Below, piece after piece: positions 38,516 to 51,200 of a stretch of DNA of 64,000 nt. A program made the position numbers and the translations under genes. The stretch comes from Magallana gigas (taxonomy: Eukaryota), in assembly GCF_963853765.1 (NCBI RefSeq), contig NC_088862.1:3224001-3288000 (forward strand), read 5' to 3'. The notes under the pieces are model-generated. The model was not told where the DNA came from. It saw nothing but the letters and a program-made list of their open reading frames with translations, and did not search any database. Every line of letters begins with the position of its first letter. Positions within the stretch are counted from its first letter, which is position 1.

Positions 38516-39704
38516 CCTGTTTGATTTCACATGGAAAACTTCTAACAAGAAACAGAAAGAGAAACTGCATGAATGAGAAATTCCAACTGAATGTGTATAG
38601 ACATAAATGTGGAACAGTCTCGACAGATAATAAATATCTAAATGTACACTGAGAAAACCATTGTATTAGAAGACAGTGTCTTAATGAAGAATGGAACAAC
38701 ACAAAGTGATTTATGCATGTAAAGCTATGAATATACACATGTATGTAGTAAATTTTTATGTATAATTATAAATCACTGTTATGTACTAAGTACATGCTTA
38801 GTTGAATTACCAGTAAAATAATAACACATGTGCAAGTGTGCAAACATTTTATTTGAATAACTGACTACATTGTAACCAGAGGTTCACGAACCACAGTGCT
38901 CACCTGAGCAACAAGTATTACATCCACAGGTAATTGAGCCTTATATCACTTGCAAGGACTTACATTTTAAAAAAAAATTCATGTGAAATTCATGTAAAGT
39001 GGCACATAATATGATTTTGTAAAATTTGTCAAAAAATAATTTTCACAAGATTAGAGAATTTTCCAAAATATTTTTGGAAAGTAAAACTATCTGGAAGGTT
39101 TCCCATGAAACATATGAGGATGTTCTTTCATGAGAAATTCATGATGCACAATTGTCCATATATACATTTCAAACTTTACAGTAGAATATGTAACAGTCTC
39201 AATAAGAAATTGCTTTATGAATACAGAAATGTAATAGTTTTTCTTTCCATCAGCTTAAGTTGTAATTCTAACAATAAAGGAAAGACTAACAGAAGTTAAT
39301 CTTTGGACATTAATCTCTCTCCTTTTAATAAGATGTTTCACAGTGATGAGGTAGAAAAGATTTGTATATCATTGTCTACACTGTATTTAACTATCACTAT
39401 TTTTCAGATAATTGCACAAAGTTTAACATTACTGTGATATTATATTGCAACACTGTATTGTTTAAGATAAATGGTCAAACAATGGGCATCTGGCACTTGC
39501 AAGTTCACCAGGAAAAAATGGAGTGAGTTTTGATGTTTACTGAATTGATCATTTTTACACTGTACTTGATAAATAATCAACTATCATAATGCATAGCGTA
39601 AGACTCACTATCTACCAGAAAAATGGTATGTGTTTTGGAATTTTACTACACTGTACATATACTTGTAAAATCATCACTTAATATGTACAAGGCATCTTCA
39701 TTAT

Positions 39705-42700
39705 CTACCAGATAAATGGAATAAGTTTCGGAGTTTTCCGGATATGTTCATGGAATGCTGGATCTCCTCCGTAGCGTTTGAGTGCGGACTTTTCCTGCAG
39801 GGGAATTCCGCTGACCTTGGTCAACAAGAAGATTAGGAAGAGCGGAGAGATGACACTGACGTGTTCCCATCCCCGGAGAACGGAGGTCGAGGACAGGTAG
39901 AGGCCAGACCACATCATGATCTCCCCCAGGTAGTTAGGGTACTGAACCACACTCCATAGGCCGTGCCGGATAAACTTCCCCTACAGGTCAATAATAATAT
40001 ATAGTAAAAATAATATAATATTATATAATATATTTATATAACAATAAAAATAAACAGGTCAAGGACTAACAAACAGACCACAAAAAGGTCAACACAAAAC
40101 TATACAGACCACTAAAAGGTCAACACAAAACTATACAGACCACAAAAAGGTCAACACAAAACTAAACAGACCACAAAGAGGTCGATACAAAAATAAACAA
40201 ATCAAGGAAAAGCAAACAGACCATAAACAGGTCAATGCAAAAAAAAAAACAGGTCAAGGACAACCACAGGTCACAAACAGGTCAATACAAAATTAAATAG
40301 GTCAAGAACAAACAAACAGACCATAAACAGGTCAATACAAAAATAAACAGGTCAAAGACAAACACAGGTCACAAACAGGTCAATACAAAATTAAATAGGT
40401 CAAGAACAAACAAACAGACCATATACAGGTCAATACAACAATAAACAGGTCAAGGACAAGCAAACCATAAGCAGGTCAATACAAAGTTAGTATACTATAA
40501 ACCAACTTTTATTTGCGTGCAAAATTTTACTCAAGGTTTGCGAGAGCCACATCAGTACTAATATTTCTCGCGCAAACCAGTCCTTGTCGTATGGTTGTTT
40601 TAACAAGACAAGTCTGAATAAGGCTGGGTCGCAAACATAATTTGTCATGAACAGTTCAAATCTTATACAATTGATAGACTCTGTGATTCCTACCTGGTTT
40701 TCTGGGTTTGCCCTGAAAGAGGATTTCTGTGAGTCTGCGATGGTCTCCAGGAGGAAGCCAGTGACCCACATTGACCATCCGACGTAATCCTGCGTCGTGA
40801 TTGGTCGATCTTCCCTCTTTGAGTTCAAGATCAGCGTGGGAAGGATGGTCAAAAACACCCACACACCTGCAGACATTGTACAACATGGTCACTCCGAAAT
40901 ACCTCGTCTACACACATTCAATCAGAGATACTAGTCTAAAACATGTACCAAAACACTGGCACAAGACTTGATATTTTTCTTTCCAAATAACGTAGGGGGT
41001 AATTTTCATATTCATAGAAATTGAGAATTTATTGACTGTCACACGTTCTAATTCACTATCAAAGAATAAACATTCTTGTGTATGAAAGCCATTTCTAACT
41101 GTTCCTTGAAATACATTTTCATTTATAAATATTCAAAACATTTCTATCTTAACTGCAAGATCAAAACTTGTTAAAAACAGCAGCGAGTGGAATAATTTGA
41201 CAACAGTTGATCGTATTATCCACCTTGAATGGTCCAGTACACAAAGAATGTTCCAGGTCTGTCTCGGACCTTATTGAAGCGACGGTCCTGTCCTTCCTTC
41301 AGAATTCTTGTGAACAGAAACAATCCCAACCTAGCAAATAAAACGAATACAATTATATTCATTATAGTAGTAAACTACATGTACAATATCATAAACAAGT
41401 ACTGTCAGTAGATTCCTAATTAAATGCAAGGAAGTAATAGCCGCGTAAAATCGCGAGAAGCACACCAGGATTCTTGTAAACACAAACAAACCCAACCTTG
41501 GAAATAAATACTGTAGATTCCTAATTAATCGTAAGGATATAATATCCACTTAAAATCCTGAGAATCCCACCTTGCAGATATTTTAAAATCTCGCTATTGT
41601 TTTCAAAGAATTTAGAACTAGCATAATAAATTACCGTAAAAGTTCAATGTTCACCGTTTAATATCCTCTCAATTTGATACCAAACAACAGGATCACATAA
41701 TTAATTATTTGCATAAAATAAGGAATTTACAGTAATTATTTTCAAAGTAGCTAACTACAATATAGACATCCAAGTTCTAATATAAACATATACAGTAATG
41801 CCATTTAAACAATGGCTTTGTTTATTGCAGGTAAAGGGTATAAGGTTTTTTGCATTATTTGTCAGCCAAAATTCTACGTACCTTAACAGAGAAAGTATCC
41901 AAGAAAATTCTGCAACTGTGGCAGCAACAGACATTGTGTTATTTATCAAGTCAAACTACTTTTTACATCTTTAAGTAAGTATAATAAGTCACTCCATTCG
42001 ATGAGACCCTCAGTATGCCTTTTGAATGAATTTGCATAGAAGCTAGGTTTTTTGTGTTCAGTGTCTTTGGAAGAAGTGAAACAGGACAATTTTCATCCTA
42101 TCGTTTTACATTGTAAAGAGTCATTTGCATGTATCAAATTGTATCAAACCTGAAGGCCCAGAGAGCCACCATTCCTGTGTTGACCTTTTGCCTGAGGTGA
42201 TAGCGACCGCCCCATTTCAAGCTCTGTAACGCTAGAAACAGAAATGTTCCTGAACCTGCAACAAAATTATAATTTTTAAAGTGGTTGGTTAATAACAGCT
42301 CATCATAAAAAATGCCACTATGTCTGAAAAACCATGAAGATTCTCCTTTGCAACAAGTATCAGTCTGACTAATGTTTTGTCACATAAAATACTGACAACA
42401 GACCATGCCATATAGATCATGCTGTTGTCAACCTAATACAAAATATATGAAGTGTGATAGTGTATAGCTAATAGGCACAGTACTATGTAGTATATGAAGT
42501 GTGATTGTATATAGCTAATAGGCACAGTACTGCCACACTTTTATGTCTACAAGCAATATAGCTAGTTCTGGTTAACCCTAAACTTATGAGTTCGGAGTTC
42601 AAGCCTAGTTCTGGATGAAAAACAATGTTGTTTTGGTGAATGAAAGTCGGGGCAAATCTGTTTTGCTACTGTAGAGGCGAAAATTATATGGGGCGCAAAT

Positions 42701-43221
42701 AACCCTGTATACAGTTTATCAGAAAGACAAACTTTTTATACCAATTCATGCATCATTAACAATTAATTGGAATATATAAAACAAGTTTACAGTCAGACTT
42801 TAATTACTATAAATATGATGTAATTGTATGTTTGAAATTCATATTCAAATTCAAATCTTTTATAACTTCTAATGAACTTTATGAACAGTCTTGTCGCTAC
42901 AACAAATGAAAGCAGTTATTGATTGCAAGCTCAACAGAAAACGGGTGAAGTGGGTATTTCAATAAAATCCACTTAAACATAAGTAAGTTGCAGAAAATCT
43001 CTTTATCACGCACTGGTTCGATAAACCGAAACTTAACGAGGAAATTCGGCCTTCTCTACTTGAGCTTAAAATTGCAATGATATATTTGTAATTTAACAAT
43101 GTTAACTGAATTTACCGGCCAGGTCATAGAACTTTTCGGTCTTTAGTGCAGCTGCCACTGCCCAGCAACTCCACTGTATGCCAAAATCAACGGCGGCCGC
43201 CTTCGACAGAGGGTTCCCCAT
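39705..43221 (-). CDS. DUF1295-family membrane protein (steroid 5-alpha-reductase-like), about 255 aa, 5 exons
   Basis: Exons 43221-43116, 42255-42150, 41330-41224, 40866-40694 and 39980-39705, all GT-AG and in phase. Motifs TEKFYDLAGSGT, RLGLFLFTRILKEGQDRRF, LETIADSQK..F, GLWS..QYPNYLGE, SGIPLQE. An alternative in-frame ATG lies at 43230. Confidence 0.92.
40035..40485 (+). repeat. Intronic degenerate minisatellite (ACAGGTCAA core)
   Basis: More than 15 recurrences of (A/C)AGGTCAA separated by A/C-rich spacers. Confidence 0.8.
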
Positions 43222-43358
43222 GATGGACATGGGGGCAAAGTTCTCTGTATTGTAATGCACGAAAAACCAAGAGGATGTTCACTCGGCACCTCTCGGCCGA
43301 ATTTCCACCATGAAGGCAAGGGAATCAACCGAGGCATACCGAATGATTTGTTGTTAGT

Positions 43359-43433
43359 CAATCGTAACTACTCGGCCATTTCCAATGGCGAAAAATAACT
43401 TCGCCAGCAGAAATGGCCGAGTAGTTACGATTG
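43359..43433. other. Perfect 23-bp inverted repeat with inner TGGCGAA/TTCGCCA stem, upstream of the DUF1295 gene
   Basis: CAATCGTAACTACTCGGCCATTT (43359-43381) and AAATGGCCGAGTAGTTACGATTG (43411-43433). Confidence 0.8.
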
Positions 43434-45989
43434 GTTGTTGGTTTTCAATCGGAACATCTTGCTGCTTTTCCCCTCGCGCATTCAAAGATCCACCCCTACC
43501 TTTCTTCATAGGCACAACGAATACACACAAGAACATGATTACGGACAAGTTCCGCGCTGTTTACCATGAAACAAATAATTTTTGAAATTGAGCATGTCTT
43601 CTATTAGGCACTGTTAAGGTGGGAGAGACCACCCACTTACTTTTTCCTCGACCCCCCCCCCCCCACTTTTTTGAGAGCATACATGTATTAACCCCCACCC
43701 CGATTTAAAAAAAAAGATTTTACATGTACGTGCCTTTTATTAAACCAAATTATCAAAAATTCTCTTACAAGACTTATAGATGGATTTAAGAATCTCTTAT
43801 TAACACTGTGTTGTTTACATTGTAAATATTGTCTCATGTAATTATAATGAATGGAAAGTCAGACTTGTGTTCTATGGTAGACTCACTAACTCCACTTAAT
43901 GGTACGTCCATTGTAGTGTGTGTGTATATATAGCCTTTGATGTCTTAGCTGCCTCTATTTACACTAGGTTTCACCACTTCAAGTTTCAGAAATGATGTAA
44001 TATGATCAATATGTTTGATCCTCCAAATATTCTTGAACTTGTACTAACTTACGTATTTATCAGGCATCAGGCACGTAACAAGGGGGGGGGGGGGGGGGGG
44101 GGCTCCCCTTTTTTTTTCAACCATTTTTTAAAATTTACATTTTAAAAATTGAATTTTCCTGAAGTGTTCCCCTCCCTCACTTTTTGGGGAGTATGTAAAA
44201 AATAGAAATGAAACTTTGTGAAATATTTTTTTCTGTTGCTTGTCAAATTTTTTTGGATGAGTCTGCCCCCTTTCAAAAACGATGATACGTGCCTTCTTAT
44301 ACATTTATACATGTATGTTTATAGTTCCATTGTATGTAGAATCAGGGGTATCTCCCCCCCCCCCCCAACAATGGCAAAAAAATATTATTTCTTCGATCCT
44401 CTCCCGAAAAAAGATTGCTGGATCCGCGCATGTTGTGTTTTATTTATATGTACAAAATGTACATGTAAGTGTGTTTCTATCGTTGATGTACATCGCTGTC
44501 TGTTTCCCATAATGCCTCGCAGTACTGAATTTTACATGCTAGAAATTATTTCATTTTGATTCTGACTAAATTTAGAGTTACGGGTAAAATGATTTCAAAG
44601 TATGCCAAATAGAGTTGTATTTAATACTCACATTTGTAACTACATGTAATTGTATTTGTGTAATAAGTAATGCAATATATGTCAAATGCTCAAAAAGTAA
44701 CTATTAAATTAATAATTTGGAATAATAATTAATAATGAAAACCATAATATATGACACTAGTAATAGTCTCGAACATACCTATAGATCCGAGCAACCAGTT
44801 TCGCTCAAACAATCGATCTTCAAAAAGTATTTCTTTTCACACACGATTCGCGGGCAATTGAAGATATATTGACTAAAAATGCTCGAAATTGAATAGTTGT
44901 TTATGTCACTTCAAATGATGCGAAGTGTGGACACGACCCTAATATGCTTGCGGGAGAGGGTAGAAATGATTAATACACGGTGCATGCCGACTACATTAGC
45001 CTGAAAAGTTTAATATATTTATGCAAGTTATTTAGAACCCTAAGTTGAACACTTTTATAAAACACAAACACGAATAAAAAAAAATGAAACGTGTATTAAA
45101 GTTGCTTTTTACCTTGTAAAATGCACAAACAGTTGGATACTGGGTAATGATATTTATTATACTAGGTAACTCTACTAATTTTTTTTACAGTTTATAAGCG
45201 TCGGATAAAAGTCTTCCTATCGGGGAACTGGAATCTCGCTGACTCCCTCATTAGTATACTTATTTTACACCAACACAAACGGTAGTTTGTTTTACAAAGT
45301 AGATCAAATTACTGGAATACAGAAAATGCGGACATTCTTTGCATGTAGGCATGGAAACTCTCCTTTTCTATTTAGTTCGGATGCTGCAGGGTAAAAGAGG
45401 GTGGATAAATGTGCAATTACCGGCTCCGTCCTATGTACTGTATGGAAGGCTATCGATTTCTTTATCTCTGCTGGTCGCTAATACTGAGATCAAATCAACA
45501 TCTCACCATTACAATTTACATTATTTCAGAAAGTTCGATTTGACAGTGGAACATCAATAATGGGTTTTAATTCCTTTGTCGAACTTCCAAAGCTCCAAAA
45601 GAACATTTTATATACGACACATGAAATGTATGCGGGTCTCCCGAAGTCTTGTTACATAGGGGATGAGCGTATATAAAATCAGGACAGGGCCATGACTCGC
45701 AGAGGGTACATGTAAGTACACATTCTACTTCTACACTACCTGTCTGGCAAAGACTCCGGAAGTGCAAAACGAACGCATAGATATATGTTGAAGTTACTTT
45801 AATTTAACGCGGGGGTACTAGTAGTCAATAATGCGTGGGGTTTTCTGTATGGACCTGAATCAAATGAACGTACTCAGCATGCAGTCGGAAATAGTGTTTA
45901 AGATATTAGTTGTAGTAGTCCCTCAGTGATCGAAAAAAGCTTAAGCTGCCAGACGACAAGATGCTGTATGTTCGTGGGTTAAGCTGTGT

Positions 45990-47260
45990 TAATCTGCATT
46001 GAACTAATACATGATGCAACATGTGTGTTAGATAAGCTGTTGATAGCTGCAATACATATTTGCATGTGAGATAATTTCAGCTGGTGAGAGCTGCAACATA
46101 TGTCTGAGATAAACTGAAGATAATTGCAACATGTGTGAGATAAGCACAACATGTGCGTGAGATAAAATACCGAGAGCTTTAATATGTTTGAGAGATAAGC
46201 TGTTGAAAGCTGCAACATGTTTGTGAGATAAATGTTGAGAGCAGCAGCATATGTCTGAGATAAGCTGAGGAGAATGGCAACACGTGTGAGATGAGCACAG
46301 CATGTGCGTGAGATAAAATACTGAGAGCTTTATTATGTTTGAGAGATAAGCTGTTCAAAGCTGCAACAAATGTATCAACAAGATTTTAAGAGCTGCAAGA
46401 AACGTGTGAGATAAGTTGTTGTGAGCTGCAACATATGTGTGAGATAAGTTGTTGTGAGCTGCAACATATGTATGATATAAGTAGTTTTGAGGTGCAACAT
46501 ATGTATGGGATAAATTGTTGTGAGCTGCAACAAATGTATGAGATAAGTTGTTGTGAACTTTAACATATGTGTGAGATAAGTTGTTGAGAGCTGTAGTATG
46601 AGTGTGAGATAATTAAGTTGTTGAGAGCTACAGAATGAGTGTGAGATAAGATGTTGAGAGCTATAATATGAGTGTGAGATAAGTTGTTGAGAGCTGTAGT
46701 ATGAGTGTGAGATAAGCTGTTGAGACCTACAGTATAAGTGTAAGATAATTAAGTTGTTGAGAGCTACAGTATGAGTGTGAGATAAGTTGTTGAGAGCTAC
46801 AGTTTGAGTGTGAGATATTTAAGTTGTTGAGAGCTGTAGTATGAGTGTGAGATAAGTTGTTGAGAGCTACAGTATGAGTGTGAGATAAGATGTTGAGAGC
46901 TACAGTATGAGTGCGAGATAAGATGTTGAGAGCTGTAGTATGAGTGTGAGATAAGTTGTTGAGGGCTGTATTATGAGTGTGAGATAAGTTGTTGAGGGCT
47001 GTATTATGAGTGTGAGATAAGTTGTTGAGAGCTGTAGTATGAGTGTGAGATAAGTTGTTGAGGGCTGTACTATGAGTGTGAGATAAGTTGTTGAGAGATA
47101 CAGTATGCGTGTGAGATAATTAAGTTGTTGAGAGCTGTAGTATGAGTGTGAGATAAGTTGTTGAGAGCTGTAGTATGAGTGTGAGATAAGTTGGTGAGGG
47201 CTGTACTATGAGTGTGAGATAGTTGTTTAGAGCTGAAGTATGAGTGTGAGATAAGCTGTT
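45990..47260 (+). repeat. 33-bp minisatellite (GAGATAAGTTGTTGAGAGCTGTAGTATGAGTGT), degenerate toward the left
   Basis: Regular period from about 46400 to 47260, with diverged units from about 45990. Confidence 0.9.
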
Positions 47261-48283
47261 TTTTCTGATTTCGGTAATCTGTTTAGATGCTGTAACTAGC
47301 TTAAGAAATAATTTAAAAGTTAAACTATAAATGTTTATGATAAAAGCTGTAGTTATTTATAATCTGTGTTTATGATACAGTCTTGAGGTGTACAACAGTA
47401 TTGTTTTGTGTGTAATATAATTAGCACTAACGAGTAAACCTCCCCAGTATTCATTATAAATTTAATAACCTAGGTTTATTTTTATTTGTTTGAAAAGAGA
47501 AAGAATGTAGGGTGTTTTAAATAGGCTGCAAATACTCCCTGCAAGATACTTACTAAGTCGATTTAATGTACTTTTCAAACCCTTTTGGCATTTGCAGATT
47601 GTATTGACACCATAGTGCGATCTGTAGTGAATTTACTAAACCTACTTGAAAATTTATATATTTAGTTGATTTTCGTTCATCAATTTGGTTTCCGTCGATT
47701 TTCGTTGTTTTATGAACATTCAAAACAAAATACAAAAAAAACAACAACAAACTAAATGTGAGCTGGCTTATCTCGATATGCAAGACACAAGAAATGAATG
47801 CATCATTTTTTTTTTTATTTTATTGCTATTTTATGGCATGGCCCAGGAGCAACAATACCCGTCCCTGTTTATTGATTTTTAAAATTGGCATTAACTTGTA
47901 CCATGTACATTGTAAATAGAACTTAAAACAACTGTCACCTTACAAACGTTTTATCTACACAACTTCGACGTAAGGCTTTCGATAAATTGGCATTGATTTA
48001 AACAGCGGGGCAGGGAACTGGGATCAAAAGTAGTCATATCAATTTTATTGCCCCCCTAGATACACAAATCCTGGGTTCGTTCAGTGACACATTCAACGGA
48101 TAGCCAATATGTTATTTGTACTTGTCGGGGGTTTGATAAGAGACTTAATCCGTGGTCCCTGTCCACTGTTGGGGGCTCATTACCGTATCCATTGGTCACT
48201 GACGAACCCTGCCCAATCTCTGTAATAATTGGACCTCAAAGACATTTGTATAGCGTTTAAGGCTGAGAATACTGAGGCTTCTG

Positions 48284-51200
48284 ATGGCACATCCGGGCTA
48301 TCTGCAAACGTTCAGAAGGCTGAGGTACGTTCATGTTGTTTGCATGACATTTTTGCGATATTTTTTTTTATAACAAATATGACTTCTACATGAATGTGGG
48401 CAGATTTAAAATTAATCAATTATTTATTGTACAAAAAATTTGTTACTTTCAAATCCACATAGTTTCATAGTATAGATTGAATTTGCACGATATTTTTATA
48501 GAAAAGAAAGGGAGGTGGGTGTAGATTTAAAGACAATGTGGGGGGGGGGGGGGGGTATATATTATGAAATGCTAATTTATGATCACATTCTCTTAAATAT
48601 GAATATTTTATAAAAATTTCAGCGGTATAATGCTTTGAGTAACTAGTATATGATTCAATCCAAAATGAAAAAGTAACAACACCCCGTTAATTACTTTTGA
48701 CAATAAAGTCGCTCAATACCGATGCCACTGTTAATGGTGAAATATTCATTTTACTTCAACGAGAAATTGTCTACATAATTTTTATATCTTTCATAGATTA
48801 AGACGCTGTCCCGAAAATAGCATTTTTGGGGTGTTTTTTTTTTTTATCAAAGTATTTTAAAAATATGAATTAAGAAACCTTTGGTCATTTTTTTAGCTGA
48901 CAATGTCAGTTAACCATTGAATGCTTATTTTTGAATGTCGTCGGTCACACCAAGGCGGTGCAGACAAACTGAATACCGCACTTCTGCACCTTTTAAAAAT
49001 CATTCACTGTCAGATAACTTTTTAAATTGTTTATTTTCAGCGGATTAAGTCGATCGATAGTCGAATAATCTTTATGTATGAAACTAAGCACACTTTTTAA
49101 CAAAATAATGCGAATGTGAACATATCGTTAAGTCAATTAATGATCGATGACTTAAACTTGTGTCAAATGTTTTTGATTTTAGTTGTTTTTACATCAGATC
49201 TGAATAACAGTTACACCAAATGCTCTGGATTTTTTTCTCTTTTTTTCTCTGATTTTTTTTTTCGTGAGGTGGGGGGGGGGGGGGGTGGATCTGATTGTTA
49301 ATTTGTTGACCATCCAGCCTCTTTAATTCACGTGCGCAAGTCAGGAAATGCAGCTCAGGATTCGCCTACATTTTGGTTAATGACGACCCAAATTCGACAA
49401 TTTTAAGCAAATGCTCATAATTTTAAAAATTTCTGAACAATCATGACAATGAACCTGTTCAGTCTTGAAATGATGATGCTTTTACTTACACAACCCCAAA
49501 AATAGATAGCTAAAGATGTTTCCAATTTCAATAACTTCATAAGAAGTAGCCCATTAAGAAAGATTTTTGCGAGTCGGTGATCGATGTGATCGAGCGATAG
49601 TCAAGTACACGAGAACTCGTTGAAAGTATGAAACCAACATATAGAATTTTAAACAACCGAAAAAATTGGTCCTTCGCCAGTATGATAGCTGAAAGTCATT
49701 TAAACCGCAGATACGTGATTTGCTTTTACCTCTTTATTTATCCTTTTACAAACGTGTACAGATTTAAATAAATCACTGAAATGTTTCAAGAAAAGAGAAA
49801 CCTTGCTTTTTTTACGATGACGTTAGTAAATTATTTCAATGTTTTAAAAGGGGTGCGTCTCAATGTAGTGCAGACACGTGTCATGTGACGGGTAAATGTC
49901 GGCACAGCTGATCTGTGGTCAATGTCAGGTGTCAACTCTTTCGTCACTGTTAAATGTTAGATGTTGCCTTTATCTGTCTGTAGTCAATGTTACAGTAATA
50001 AGTCGACGTTATTTGTCAGTGTGTTATGTTAAAAGTTTAAAATCGAAGATTTCTAAACTTAACTTTAACAATGTTGAAGTTAAGTTTAGAAATCTTTGAT
50101 TTTAAAACTTAAAGTGTAACAAATACTTTAAATGTTGTCGATTCTTTTTGTCTGTGTTTTATGTCAGATATCAGTGTCCTATGGCAAATGATCAAATGTC
50201 AACAATCTTTCAGTGTTTTAAGTCGGATTTCAATTCTTTTTGTGATTAATTGATGTCAGATATCAGCTCTATTTGTCTGTGTTTTTTGTCAGATATCGGC
50301 TCTATTTGTCTGTATTGGGTCAGATATCGGCTCTATTTGTCTGTGTTTTATGTCAGATATTGTCTCTATTTGTCTGTGTATTATGTCAGGCATTGGCTCT
50401 TTTTGTCTGTGTTTGATGTCAGATATCGGCTCTATTTGTCTTTTATATGTCAGATATCGGCCCCATTTGTCTGTTTAATGTCAGATATTGGTTCTTTTTG
50501 TCCATGTTTTATGTCAGATATCGGCTCTTTTTGTCTGTTTTATGTCAGATATCAGCTCTATTAGTCTGTGTTTTATGTCAGATATCGGCTCTATTTGTTG
50601 GTATTTTATGTCAGATATATGTTTATTAGTCTGTGTTTTATATCAGATATCGGCTCTATTTGTTGATATTTTATGCCAGATATCGGCCCTATTTGTCTGT
50701 GTTTTATGTGAGATATTGGCTCTATTTGTCTATGTTTTATGTCAGATATCGTCTCTATTTGTCTGTGTATTATGTCAGGCATTGGCTCTTTTTGTCTGTA
50801 TTTTATGTCAGATATCGGCTCTATTTGTCTTTTATATGTCAGATATCGGCCCCATTTGTCTGTTTTATGTAAGATATTGGCTCTTTTTGTCCATGTTTTA
50901 TGTCAGATATCGGCTCTTTTTGTCTGGTTTATGTCAGATATCAGCTTTATTTGTTGGTATTTTATGTCAGATATAAGCCATATTTGTCTGTTTTATGCCA
51001 GATATCGCCCCTATTTGTCTGTGTTTTATGTCAGATATCGGCTCTATTTGTCTGTGTTTTATGTCAGATATCGACCCTAGTTTAATGTCAGATATTGGCT
51101 ATATTTGTGGTTTATGTCAGATATCAGCTCTATTTGTCTGTGTTTTATGTCAGATATCGGCTCTATTTGTCTATGTTTTTTTTGGTCAGATATCGGCTCT

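Noticed and set aside
39705-43221. Horizontal transfer of the DUF1295 gene from bacteria
   Set aside because: Four canonical introns and a family with wide eukaryotic distribution; nothing in the sequence suggests recent transfer.
45530-45710. Exon-like segment (TTTCAG|...|GTAAGT) with a 48-codon frame starting KVRFDSG
   Set aside because: The frame ends in a stop, I found no phase-compatible neighbouring exon, and there is no homolog in the window. It could be a UTR or lncRNA exon but is unsupported.
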